Source of the DNA: Dictyostelium discoideum | Taxonomy: Eukaryota | DNA: 64,000 bases | Direction: 5' to 3' | Assembly (NCBI GenBank): GCA_000004695.1 | Contig: CM000151.3 | Coordinates: 6,688,001-6,752,000 of the forward strand | Shown here: positions 13,829 through 26,233 of the stretch, piece by piece | Layout of the letters: the number at the start of each line of letters is the position of its first letter | How positions within the stretch are numbered: position 1 is the stretch's first letter | Made by a program: the position numbers and the translations under genes | Notes under the pieces: model-generated | Seen by the model: only the letters and a program-made list of their open reading frames with translations | The model's database searches: none | What the model was told of the DNA's origin: nothing

Positions 13829-14834
13829 ATGGATCTATCAGTTGAATATGAAAATCAAAATTTTTTAACTACAAATACTCTAAATCAAGGTTCATGGATA
13901 ATTTCAATTAATAATTTTTCAAATCGTAAAGACCAATTTTATTCTCCAATTTTCTCTTTAATTGGTTCAAATTGGCGTTGTAAATTTTATAGTAATGGTA
14001 AAGATGCTTCTACAAGTGGTAAACTTTCAATTTTCATTAGTAATTGTGATTTATTAAATAATCCTTTCACTATTTTTTTAGAAAAATCAATATCTTATAA
14101 ATTAACTTTAATTAATCAAAAAAATCCAAATGAATCAATTCAAAAAAGTAATTTTATTAATTTATATATATATATATTTTAAAAAACAATAATTTTAAAA
14201 TAATTATTAATTTTATTTATTTATTTTATTTTTTAAAATTATTATTATTATAGGTTCATCTCATACATTTAGTATTAAAGAATTTAATCATGGATATGGT
14301 TCATTTATTGGATTATTTTCATTATTAAATCCAAATAATGGATTTTTAGTAAATAATACAATAAAAGTTAGAATCGATGCAGCCCCAACTTCACCATTAG
14401 TTAATACTTATGACAAATATAATATTGGATTGAATCAAGCCTTTAGTTATAGTGTACCAATGATGTCAAAAAAGAGTGAACCATTTATATCACCAATTTT
14501 TATGAGTTGTGGAAGAAAATGGATTATTAAAATCTATCCAATGGGTCAACCTTCTTCAAATTATATGTCGGTGTTTTTAGAGTATAGAGATGAAGGTGAA
14601 GAAAATGTCCATTTCTCTCTAGAGTTAATTAGTCAATTATATCCAGAACAATCCATAAAATACTGGGTACAATATAGATTCAACTCTAAAAGTAATTCAT
14701 TTGGTTATCCAAAATTCATTGGTGTTTCAACTCTTATGGATCCTGATATGGGCTTCCTTGTTAATGATACCATTATTTTAAATGTTTCAATTTTACAACT
14801 TAAACCAATAAAAAAAAGTTTTGGATTTTTATAA
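10814..14834 (+). CDS. Protein-kinase-like (probable pseudokinase) protein with FNIP repeats and two C-terminal MATH/TRAF-like domains. Exons: 10814..14147 and 14254..14834 (phase-1 intron 14148..14253, GTAATT...TATAG).
   Basis: The kinase-like N-terminus has a Lys in CIIKII, but the catalytic loop reads HGNINTDN instead of HRDLKPxN and the activation motif is DFS instead of DFG. It is followed by an (AAT)30 poly-N tract and then many FNIP repeats (…FNQLLVVGCLPVNLTSLEFGDRFNQALSVGCIPPKVTHLKFGRCFNQPL…). The C-terminus GSWIISINNFSNRKDQFYSPIFSLIGSNWRCKFY… and the post-intron SSHTFSIKEFNHGYGSF…FISPIFMSCGRKWIIKIYPMG… are MATH-like. Splicing joins …ESIQK|SSHTF… in frame. Confidence 0.75.
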
Positions 14835-15447
14835 AATTAGTCCAATTTTATTTATTTAAATCTTTTTTTTTTTTTTTAATAAGAAGATTTTTTATATTTT
14901 AAACATATTTTAATTTTTCAAAAAAAAATGAAATATATTTTTTATGAAAAAGTTTAGATCTAATTAAAAAAAAAAAAGAAATAGTTCACTTAATTAAAGT
15001 CCCATAAATTGGGGTGTTAAAGAGTTTTAAAAATCTTAAAATTTAAAAGTTAATTCACATGCCACATAAATTGTGGTTATTGAAATTTTTTTTTAAAAAC
15101 AGAAATAAAATTTTTAAAAAAAACTTTTTATAATTTTATTATAATATTCAATGAATTTAATAATAAAAATTTTTTTTTTAGAATTTTAAATGATTAATTA
15201 AAGAAATAATAAAAATTTTAATATAATTCAATTTGTTTTTTAACGGTTTTAAATATATAACCTCATCCTTTGTCAATAGAATCATATTACAATTTCCAAA
15301 AAATAATAAAGTTATGGGTAAAAAAAAAAACTATTTAATAGTTAAAAAAATTATTTCAAATCATTTTAAAAAAAAAAATCTTTTATTTCAAACAATTTAT
15401 TATAATTATTAAAATAAATCTTTTTTTATTAAAAATTTTTAATAGAA

Positions 15448-16140
15448 ATGGAAGCAATTAAAAAAGAATATGATTTTTTTGGTTACCATACAAGTAATTC
15501 ATTTAAAATTGATATCATATTAAAAGAATTATCAATAGAAAATTTCAATTATCATCGAGTTGATATTGCAGCAGGCGAACAATTAAAAGAAGAATTCTTA
15601 AAATTGAATCCAAACAATAAGATTCCAGTGATTGTAGATAATTCACATCAACCACCATTAGTTATCTTTGAATCTGCAACCATTTTAGAATATCTTGCAG
15701 ACAAGTATCCATCAGGGAAATTGTTACCAGGTCTTGATAAACCACATGAACGTTATGAAGTTTTAAAATGGTTAACTTTTACTGTTACCTCTCAAGGTCC
15801 AAACTCTGGTAGTTTACTTTTTTTTAAAATTCATTCACCAGAAAAGATTCCATCAGTTATTGAACGTTTCCAAAATGAAGTTGAAAGAATCTATGGTGTA
15901 ATGAATAATCAATTAAAAGATAGAGATTATTTAGCTGGAAATGAATTATCAATTGCAGATATCTCAGCTTATGGATGGGGTATGTATTTGAAATGGGGTA
16001 TCATGATCGATGATTGGGAGTCTAAATATCCAAATTTCAAAAGATGGATTGAATTGGTCGAAAAAAGAGAATCATTTCAATATGCTATCAAAGTAGCTGA
16101 TGAAGGTATTAAGAAATGGAAAGAATCTAAAAAAGAATAA
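15448..16140 (+). CDS. Glutathione S-transferase (GST N- and C-terminal domains), single exon, 230 aa.
   Basis: The N-terminal thioredoxin-like GST motifs are KIPVIVDNSHQPPLVIFESATILEYLADKYP, and the C-terminal helical domain includes LAGNELSIADISAYGW. Confidence 0.8.
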   Translation: MEAIKKEYDFFGYHTSNSFKIDIILKELSIENFNYHRVDIAAGEQLKEEFLKLNPNNKIPVIVDNSHQPPLVIFESATILEYLADKYPSGKLLPGLDKPHERYEVLKWLTFTVTSQGPNSGSLLFFKIHSPEKIPSVIERFQNEVERIYGVMNNQLKDRDYLAGNELSIADISAYGWGMYLKWGIMIDDWESKYPNFKRWIELVEKRESFQYAIKVADEGIKKWKESKKE

Positions 16141-16399
16141 ATTCAAATCAAATTATCTTTTTAATTTAAACAATAAATTATTTTAATACTTTTTATTTTT
16201 ATTCATTTCTGATAGTGCTTATTTAATTCTTAATTACTTTTTCTTTCAATTATTAAATTGATTTTTTTGATTTTGATATTGACCAATTTGTTTTGGTTGT
16301 CTGTTTGAATGATTATCATCTCCAATTATGTTTTTTACTTTATTTTTTTTTTTTTTTTTTTTTTTTTTATATTAATTAATTATTTGCTTGATTTGACTC

Positions 16400-17040
16400 T
16401 TAAGCGATAATAATAGTTTTTTTATATTTTTTTTATTGTAAATTTTAATTTTATGATTTCATATAAATTGATAGACAATTACTCTATTTGGAAGTACTGT
16501 GCTAGTTAAACAATAGTCTTTTATAATTTGATTTTTAATGTTTTTAATTTGTTTGATATATTCAGTTTTGTTAAAAATTTAGTGTGTTTCTTTTGAAGAT
16601 AATATTTTAAAGTTATTAACTTTGTTTATGTAGTTCAAGGTTGCGGTTTTGTACCATTTTTCAAGGATTATATCATAGTCTAATTTTGTGGCTTGAATTT
16701 TATCATCACTGTAAAATTGATTGCAAATCCATATCCATACCTGGTGGAGTATCATTCCTATTTGGTTTTTATATGCGAAATGTCTTAAAAGATCATAATC
16801 TATAGGTTTATAGCACCATACGAACTGTGGTATATGAAATCTTATATGTATGTAGTCTATGTTAATTTCATGATCTTTCTTCATATTAGGTGGTATAATT
16901 GGTGTGATTTTGTTTATTGTTTGTTATTTATGGTTGTTCTTTCATGTAGCCAGTTAATTCTTCCGCCTGTTGATTTTAAGATAAATCCCATTAGCTTGGT
17001 AGTGTTGATAAATGATTTGGTTACTGGTTTTTTTGACCGA
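16400..17040 (-). mobile_element. Possible 5'-truncated tRNA-targeting non-LTR retrotransposon remnant (TRE3-like), lying ~60-100 bp beyond the ex-B box of tRNA-Gln. The call is low confidence.
   Basis: This ~600 bp block has clearly lower A+T than the surrounding DNA. It holds a 101-codon minus-strand ORF (16579..16884, …KPIDYDLLRHFAYKNQIGMILHQVWIWICNQFYSDDKIQATKLDYDIILEKWY…) with no cellular homolog I recognise. The position and orientation relative to a tRNA gene fit what is known of TRE3 targeting. A 25-nt poly-T (minus-strand poly-A) lies at 16344..16368 beyond the block. The motif GTTTTGTACCATT recurs next to the other tRNA in this window. Confidence 0.25.
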
Positions 17041-17060
17041 TTGTCGGCATTTATAAAAAT

Positions 17061-17078
17061 GGGAATCGAACCCGCGAC
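17061..17078 (-). promoter_or_regulatory. External B box (ex-B) of tRNA-Gln. The minus strand reads GTCGCGGGTTCGATTCCC, 26-43 nt downstream of the tRNA 3' end.
   Basis: It matches the B-box consensus GGTTCGAATCC as a second copy outside the tRNA. This is a known arrangement of Dictyostelium tRNA genes. Confidence 0.6.
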
Positions 17079-17103
17079 TGTAAGTTTGAAAAATAAAAAA
17101 AAA

Positions 17104-17176
17104 TGGTTCTACTGAGACTCGAACTCAGATTACAGGATTCAAAGTCCTGGGTGCTAACCAATTACACTATAAAACC
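17104..17176 (-). tRNA. tRNA-Gln (anticodon UUG), 73 nt.
   Basis: The minus strand reads GGTTTTATAGTGTAATTGGTTAGCACCCAGGACTTTGAATCCTGTAATCTGAGTTCGAGTCTCAGTAGAACCA. The acceptor stem GGTTTTA/TAGAACC pairs, the anticodon loop CTTTGAA gives TTG, and the T-arm is CTGAG-TTCGAGT-CTCAG. It is nearly identical in layout to animal tRNA-Gln-TTG. Confidence 0.9.
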
Positions 17177-17608
17177 GTTGAAATTTCAAAAAAGATTTAG
17201 TAATATTTATATGATTCCCTAATTTTTAGAAGAAGTACTTTAAATTTTCATTGTTTGGTTTATAAATTTTAAAATCAAATTTGTGTTTAATATAAAACTC
17301 CATATCAAATCATTTAAAATTTAAAAAAAGATAAAAGAAATGAAGCTTGTATTTTTTTTTTTAAAAAGATTTGCTATTTTTGTTTTTGACACACCACAAA
17401 CTTCTATAATTATTGGGATAATATAATTTTGTATAAATTAGTTTCGTTAATAATTTATTTGAAAACAAAAAATTTTGGGCTAATGGCAGTGTTTAGGAAA
17501 AAAAAAAAAAAAAAAAAAAAAAAAGAAAATAATTAGAAGTTATAAAAAAAGAAAAAAATAATAAATCTATTTTTGGATTTTTCTAGAGAGTTTGTATATA
17601 ATTTGAGG

Positions 17609-17728
17609 TTTTAAAAATGAAACTGGTAAAAAAAAAAATTCTAATCAAATTATCATTCTATTATTTTTAAAAATGAAACTTGTAAAAAAAAAAAAATTTC
17701 TAATCAAATTATCATTTCTATTATTATT
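17609..17728. repeat. Two tandem copies of a ~60-bp unit (tttaaaaatgaaacTGgtaaaaaaaaaaattctaatcaaattatcattctattatt).
   Basis: This is a direct duplication seen in the sequence, with copies at ~17609-17668 and ~17666-17728 differing by one substitution and 1-2 nt length changes. Confidence 0.7.
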
Positions 17729-18701
17729 TTGTTTAAACGGCCAATTATTTCTACTTTATACTTAATCCTTTGTAAACAAAAAATTATAAATAATAACAGT
17801 ATAATTAAATTTAGAAGAGATAAAAAATATTAATATTTAAAATCGCTATTATTATTTATATTTTAAAATTTTATTATATTTCGGTCGTTTTAACTTGAAA
17901 TAATTAGAAGTTTATAAAATTTGGTCTTGTGAAATAAACTGAAGTACTTCTAATGAACAAAGTAATTTGATTTGTTGAAATATTTTGTTCATTATTGAAA
18001 GAGTTACTTAGATTTATTTTGAATAAAGATTTTTCAATTTTTTGTGAAGTTAATAATGATTCTATAATTTTTTTTAAAAAAATTGTTAATAAAAAAACTA
18101 TATTAATAAAAAATATAGTAAAAAAACATACTAAATAACATTTTTTTAATATTGTTTTTATTTTTTTTGATTTTGTTTTTATTAATAATGACATAAAAAA
18201 AAAAGTTATTTATACTTTTTTTTAAAAAAAAAAAGGTTAAATCGATTCCAAAAATTTGAATCGATTTAAGTTTGACTTATTTGAAATAAAGTATTTAATT
18301 CCCTGAGAATGGTTGATCCTATTATTATTATAAGGAAATATGAAATTGTATAAAGTATTGTAAAATGATGTTGTTGATATAAATTTATTATTATATAATA
18401 ACAATTATTGTTAATTTTATAACACACACTCACAAATACACAAAATAGATCAAAGATTTGGATTGATATTTTTTATTAATTATAATAAAATAAAATTAAA
18501 TAAAAAAAGAATTAAAAATTAAAATTGTCAACTGACTGACAATTTAAATGCAGATAATAAATAAAAAAATGATAAAAAAAAAAAAATATTAATAATAAAA
18601 AAAAAAAATGAAAATAATTAATATCAACTTTATCATAAATAAACAAAAAAAAAAAAAAGAAAGAAAATAAAATAATTATTCTTAAAATTGTTCTTTAAAT
18701 G

Positions 18702-18758
<57 letters not shown>

Positions 18759-18765
18759 TAATTTA

Positions 18766-20546
18766 TTAATTATTAAAATTTGAACGAGGTTCAAGGTTTA
18801 AAGAAATTTTATAAAGTAATTCATCTAAAGCAATTGGAAGTGAATCGAAATAATTTAAAACTAAATCAGATTTTTGAGCAACTTGAGATTGATTTTGATT
18901 ACCAAAATCATAGGAAACTTGTTGACAACGTTGAATGATTGAAATGATATTATAGATTAATTTCTTTTTGCCCCAATTGATTAGAGAATTTATGGAATCA
19001 GGATTACCTTCCTCTATAAAGGTTAAATCCTTCAAATAGACACCGAGATAAGGAATACAAGGTGGAATAGTTTCAGCCATTTTAGTTCTAAACTCTTTGA
19101 AAGATCCTTCCATTGACATGATTTTCTCGAGATCTTCAAGGATGTGAAGATGTTTCTTTGGTACCTTTGCCCAAGATAAACGTAGACGAACCACATTCGA
19201 ATTTCTAATACCAGCCATAAAGGCGGTTAATAAATGATAATTATTTAGATCTCTACAATGTTGAGCGATCTTTATGAATCTACAAATTAATTTTACACGA
19301 GTTTTAATCTTTGGTTGACTAAGGATTGCAGTTGATACACCGGTTGAAATCTTATTGAAACGTTCAATCATTTTCAAAAGATTTGGTGCTTTATATTGAA
19401 GTTTTGGTTTACCCCATGCTTGACCCAAGAATTCGACTGCTTGAATTCTTTTAAAGGTTTCATATTCTCTCAAGGTAAGTTGTTGAGCGACAAATAGTTC
19501 ATCATCCAATAGTGATGAAGTTAGAGATGGTAATTTAGTGGTTAATTGATTTGGACGTGCAGCCTCTGGCATTGCGTAGGCTCTTTTCTCTTTTAATGCA
19601 CTATCAATCCATTTCTTTAATTGTGGTACAATTTTAGTGTAACCATCTAAAGAGATTTGTTTATCGACAAATTCAGAGAGACGTACTAAAAACTTTTCTT
19701 CTAAACCACCACCTGAAGCTGCTTGTGGTGCTTGTTGTTCTAACCAATTCTTTAAGAAAACGATTGTATGTAATTGAACCACTGACTTTTGTTCCTTTTC
19801 ATGCTCTGGAACATTATAACGTTCTACTAGTTTATCCAATAGAATATCAGAGGTAGCGAATGACATATAGGTCATCAAGAGTATATTCATTAATTCACGA
19901 TCCTTTTCAATGTTATTTGTAGCTTGTTCCAATAGTTTATTGAGTGTTGCAGCTCTAATTTGACCAGGATTATCAGGATCACAAATAATGGTTGAAGAAT
20001 CGAATGGTTCATCCCAAATATTGGTTTTATTATGATTGGTTTGTTCGGAATTAATTTCCAATTCATCTGCCATCAATACACAAATCCTATTCTTTTCTGT
20101 GAAATTTTGAGTATTTAAAGGTTGAGTTTGATTCATTAAAATACCATCGAATGAATCGAAATGGAATGAACATTTTTCACGTTCAATACCAGTTTCAATC
20201 CAATTTTCATCAGTTTCTAATGCTTCACCCAATGGTAAATGTAAAGGTAATTGAACGATGATTTGTTTCGATTGGATTGGTTGTGGTAATTGAAATTTCA
20301 AATTTGAAATACTTTCATCAACTTGTTGGAATTTACTTAATAAATTAGAGGTTGATGGTGTTGATATTTGATCTTCTTTATCACTACTACTTGATGATAA
20401 TCCATTATCATCAATTGATTCATCCAATTCACTAATTGTATTAATTGAATTATTTAATGATCCAATTAAATTGTTTGAATTATTTGTAGAATTATTATTG
20501 GATGATACCGATGATGATGATGATGATGATGATGATGAAGAAGTGG

Positions 20547-20585
<39 letters not shown>

Positions 20586-21491
20586 GAAATGATTTAAATA
20601 AAGAAATATCAATTAACAAAGTAATATTTGAAGGTCTAAGTGCAAATCTTAAACAACAACGACTATTAATTTTATAATGATATAATGGTAAACCTTTTTC
20701 TAACCATTCTGGTTTACGTTGTTTTTTAGATTCTTCAATTAGAGATGTTGAAGAACTTTGTGAAACTAGTATTGGTGAATCTGAAATACCATTACCATTA
20801 GCGCCACCTTGTTGACGGTCAACAAATATACCATAATAAGATAAATTAATATTATTATTTGAATCAATAACTTTTTCAGATATTTCTTGAAAGATTTTCT
20901 CTGTTGGTGACATTAAATCCAATCTAAATATTTCATAAGTACCATCTGCAAATTTTAATTTCACACCTTTTGGACGTAACTTTAAGGCAACTGTTGATTT
21001 TGGATCTTTAAATATTTCATAATCGTGTAATTTCTCCAATGGTTCTAACCAATAGCCACCACCTGTGCCACCTCCCCACATTAAACCACCTGCATTAGTA
21101 TCCAAATATAGACCGAAATCATCTGCTTCCAAACAATATCTATCGTTAACGTTTGGTAAATATTTCTTTATCAAATGATAAACTAAACCTGTACATGTCA
21201 TAGTTGGATCCATTGGTGCTTCGGCTATGAATTTACTCTCATTAAATTGACCATTGGCAGTATTGTTTGCATTTAAAACTAATCCCATCTCTTTAACTTT
21301 CTCTAATGAAACTCTAACTTTCCAAGGTATCATTTTCAATCTATACTCTTTAAATCTTGGTATTGATCTTGTCATTAGACGTGGTGTTGCTCCATCATCT
21401 GATGATAATGATCCACTTGTTGATGAAGTTGTCATTTGATCAAAAATATATTCATCATCCTTTAAAAATCTACCAATAACATTGGTTGATA

Positions 21492-21525
<34 letters not shown>

Positions 21526-22136
21526 GTTATTACTATTACTATCATTTACAAATAGACCCCATTCACCTAATTCTTTTAAATTTGAATTTGATGCTAATAA
21601 TGATCTAATTACATCACCAGCTTGAGATTTTCTTTGAACTGATACAATTACTTCACGAGTTTGAATTGGTAAATGATTTGGTTCAATTAGTGTTGTATTG
21701 GCAGTAGTTGAAGCAGTAGTTGCAACAGATGATGATAATGGTACTTCATCATCATCTTCTTCTTCCAATTGTTGTTGTAATTGTTGTTGTAATTGTGCTT
21801 GTTGTCTAGTTTGTTGCATTGAAACAATTACAACCAATTTACCTTCAGTTGGTGTTAATGGCATAATTGGTTCAGTAATATTATTTATAAAATTATTTAC
21901 ACTATTACTATTACTATTATTATTGTTTGATGATTTTAATTCATCAAACTCTTTTCTTGGACTATCATATTCAATCTCATTAACTCCCATAAAACTACCA
22001 ACTCCCATTATTGAACCAACACCAGTACCAACACTATTATTAATTAATGAATCACTACTATTTCCACCATTAATAATACTATTACAATTACTATTAATGT
22101 TATTATTATTATTATTATTTACAAGATTTGTGGAAC

Positions 22137-22175
<39 letters not shown>

Positions 22176-23579
22176 CAATACTTTGTGATAATTCATTTGA
22201 AACCAATTCATTCGCTTCTGCATTTGAAGTTTGATTATCATCTTGTACCATCATTGATTCAAATTGTTTCATTTCTAATTCTAATTGTTTCCAAGATGAA
22301 GTTTCAATACCTTCACCATCAATTCTTAAGTTTTTAATTATAAGTAAAATATCATTTGATAAGAATTTTGATCTAGTTTCAATTCTTGCCTCTAATGATA
22401 AATGATTTGAACCTATTAAATGATTAATTAAAGACATACAACTAACTTTAAGATCTGCAGGATATTCACTATCTAAAGGACTAGTTATATGAGAGAAGAC
22501 TTTAGTTAATGGTTCATTAATCTTTTTAGAATAATTTTTAATTGATTCCAATACAATAGTTGAACCTAATGAAAATATTTTACAAATTAATTCCAATACT
22601 TCAAATGTCATTCTCTTTGTTGAAACTTGACTTGATAAAATTAATGGAAATATAATCTCTGCTGTATCATTTAATAAAAGTGATTGCATTTCTAATTCAA
22701 CTAATAATTTTATACAACCTAAACATTCATTAATTATAAAATGATCATCTGATTTTGTTTGTGCTTGTAGTTGTGGTTGTGGTTGTTGTGTTTGTTGTTG
22801 TTGTTGTTGTTGTTGTTGTGGTTGTAGTTGTGATAATAATGGTAGTAATTGTTGAGGTTGAGGTTGTTGTGGTTGTGGTTGTTGTGGTTGAGGTCGAGGT
22901 TGTGGTTGTGGTTGTGGTTGTGGTTGTGATTGTGGTTGATCTTTATTTACATTATTTATTAAATTTTGAGAATAAGTTGTAATCATTGAAAGTATTGAAA
23001 CTATACCAGTTGATTCAGCAAAATTAATTACCCATGAAACTGGTTTACTAACTAATTGTTGTCTAAGTTTTGTTATATCTTCCAAGGTGAATAATGAACT
23101 TGCTGATAAAACTTTCATATGAGTTCTTGGTGATTTTGGACAAACTGAAATCGATGGTAATGATTTATTTTGTAAAGAATGTGTTGCAGAAGTTGATGAT
23201 GATGATAATGAAGATGATGAAGAGGATGATGATAATAATTGTTGTGAACTATTTAATTTTGGTGGTGATGAAATTAAAGTTTTTAAATCATTTGATGAAA
23301 TTTGATGTTGTAATTGATAAACACCATTACTAACTAACGAATTCGTACAATCTGGTTTAATTCTTTGTAAAAATATCCATTTCTCTTCAACTGATAAATT
23401 TAATAATTCTTCTCTTCTCTTTTTTGAATAATCTAAATCATCCAATAAAGTTTCATATAAAGATTGAAATGATTTATAAATTGGTGATCCCATTATTATA
23501 CCATTAAAACTATTATTATTACCATTTGTATTAATATTATTATTATTATTACTATTATTATTATTGTTATTAATATTAT

Positions 23580-23612
<33 letters not shown>

Positions 23613-25836
23613 TATTATTATTATTATTATTATTACTATAATTACAGTGAATACCATTTATACTATTTGATAAAGGTGAAGATTGTGATGGTGAAGAAAA
23701 TGGTGGAGTTGAAGTACCATTAAAAGAAGAATGTAAATTACTATAGGATGAAGATGGTGATGAAGTTGGTGAAGATGACATTAATGGATTATATAAACTA
23801 TTTGCAAAATTACTTGAGGATAATGACGATATATTATTGTTACTATTATTATTATTATTATTACTATTATTATTACTATTGTTACCATTTTGACTATTAT
23901 TTAATGAAGATTTCCTTCTATTTAAAACTGAAATAAAAAATGATTGTTGTCTTGGTGTTGATACAGTTTGTTGTAATTTTTCGGTTGATGTTGAAGGTGA
24001 GATTGTTTGATGTGGTTGATCATTACCATGCGTACCTCTACGCGCTCTTGATATATTATAATAATTAATTTGGCCACTACTTAAACTAAATGAACTAATA
24101 CTATTTACTAAACCTGAATTATTGTTATTACTATTATTGTTATTGTTATTGTTATTGTTATTGTTATTGTTGTTGTTTCCATTACCATTTGCAACTGCTG
24201 ATACACTATCATTGGAAGCACTATTTGATAAAGTTAAACTTGTTCTTGGTGAGATTGAAGCTCTTTTTGTATTTATTGTTGAGGATGAGTAAGTTGAAAA
24301 ACTTGATGTTGAATCTGTATCTGAATCTGAATCTGATGAAAAATCTCTTGACGTTATTAATGATTTAAAATTTAATTTTGGTGTTAATCCACTACCATGA
24401 CCAACTCCATTGGAACCACTACCATTCATATTACTACTATTACTAATTGATTTTTTTATTGTACCATTAAATGAACCAACTAAAGATAAACCAGATGGTG
24501 ATTTATTTAAAAACGATGAAGATGATGCTGAACTTAAATAAGAGTCCGTAAATAATGTATTATTATTATTTGTTGTTGAAGTAGTAGTAGTAGTTGTAGT
24601 TGTTGTTGTAGTGGTAGTTGTATTATTATTATTGTTGTTGTTGTTTGAATTATCATTTTGTTGATCATGATTATTTATAAAATTTTGAATTGATAATAAA
24701 TGAGAATTTAAAAATTGTAATGAATCAATTACATCAATACCATTTTCTCTTAGAAATGGATTATTATGAATTGTAAAACGAATTAAATGTTGAGAGAATT
24801 CCAATGATAAGAAGTTTGGTAAATCATCTAATAGATTATCATGTAAACTTAAAACATTTAAACAATGTAATCTTTTGAATCTATCTGGAAGAGCTATTAA
24901 TTTATTGAATTCCAAATATAATTTCTTTAGGGAACAGCAATTACCAAGTTCCGAGGGTAAAGTATTTAAACGATTCTCTTGAAGATACAACTCTTGTAAA
25001 TTTTCGAGTTCACCAATACTTTGAGGTAGCAAAGTGATTGAATTATTATTTAATCTTAATGAAACGAGTGATTGGCATTGTCCAATCTCGTCGGGTATTG
25101 ATCTAAGTTTATTATGTTGTAAAAAAAGGAATGACAATTGCGATAGTTTATTACCCAACTCATTTGGTATACTCGATAGAATATTTGAAGAACAATCTAA
25201 ATGTGTTAACGATTTTAAATTTGATATTTCCATTGGTATTGATTCCATTTGGTTTCCTGATAAAATCAATTTCTTCAAGCCAATCATTTGACCAATTTGT
25301 GTGGGTATTGATTTTAAAAGATTATTTGAGAAACCTAATGTCGTTAGTTTTTGGAGTTCACAAAGGTGTGATGGGAAATTACTGAATTGATTCTCGTCCA
25401 AATATAACTCTCTCATTGAAACTAAACTAAATAAACGTACCGGTATAGTTCCCAATTGGTTACCTGATAAATCTAATAACCTCAACGTGGTCAATTTACT
25501 AATTGAAACTTGAAATTTAGCAATATCATTATTTGGTAATATCAACTCCTCCAATTGTTCCAATTGTTCTAAATTTGGTATCTCTTGGATTTTATTATCC
25601 TCTATATGTAATTTCTTTAAATGTCCCCCAAGCGACGATATCTCTCCTGGTAATACCTTTAATCTACATGATTTTATTATAACATTGGTTATATGTCCAT
25701 TGTCTTTCATCAATTTTATTAATAATGGACATCCTGATTGTTTGATCTTTTGATGCTCTATTCTACTAGTTTTACCATCTTTACTAAGTGACCCTTCAAA
25801 TAATTTATTAATACCTCCACTACTCATAGACTTCAT
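18766..25836 (-). CDS. Large RasGEF, 2356 aa. It has N-terminal leucine-rich repeats, very long Asn/Ser/Gln/Thr low-complexity linkers, and a C-terminal RasGEF N-terminal (REM) domain plus CDC25-homology catalytic domain.
   Basis: The LRR region is …[36 protein letters not shown]…[16 protein letters not shown]… with about 14 repeats. The REM region is [49 protein letters not shown]. The CDC25 domain is …[37 protein letters not shown]…[27 protein letters not shown]…[20 protein letters not shown]… It is a single uninterrupted ORF from the ATG at 25836. Confidence 0.85.
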
Positions 25837-26165
25837 TTTTGTTTGATTTTTCTTTTGTTGTTTGATTTTTTGATTTTTTTTTTTGTTGTTTGTTTTTTTG
25901 ATTTTTTTTTTTTTGTTTGATTTTTGTTTGATTTTTTTTTTTTTTTTTTTTTTTTTTATTTTTTTTTATTTTTTGATTATTGATTCTTTAACTTGTGAAA
26001 AAGAAAAAAAAAATTATTTAAAAAAAAAAATTAAAAAATAAAAAATAAATATTATTTCTATATGTGTGTTGGAGTGTTTATTTTTTCTTTTTTTTCTTTT
26101 TAAAAATTCGCTCGTTTGATTGAAATAATTATTTAAAAAGAAAAAGAAAAAAAAAAAATTATACG

Positions 26166-26233
<68 letters not shown>

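Noticed and set aside
16834-17115. Plus-strand 93-aa ORF overlapping the ex-B box and the start of tRNA-Gln
   Set aside because: It runs through a tRNA gene on the opposite strand and its A/T tract, and has no codon-usage or domain signal.
17904-18194. Minus-strand 96-aa ORF (MSLLIKTKSKKIKTIL…) in the tRNA-Gln to RasGEF intergenic region
   Set aside because: Its composition is that of translated A/T-rich spacer (Lys/Ile/Phe/Asn), with no start context, domain or splice signals.
21254-23936. Several plus-strand ORFs (poly-Val, poly-Leu, poly-Tyr, poly-Cys/Asn runs) inside the RasGEF locus
   Set aside because: They are antisense translations of the minus-strand gene's (CAA)n/(AAT)n/(ACC)n low-complexity tracts. 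They have no start context or domain content, and the minus-strand ORF has clear RasGEF and LRR domains.
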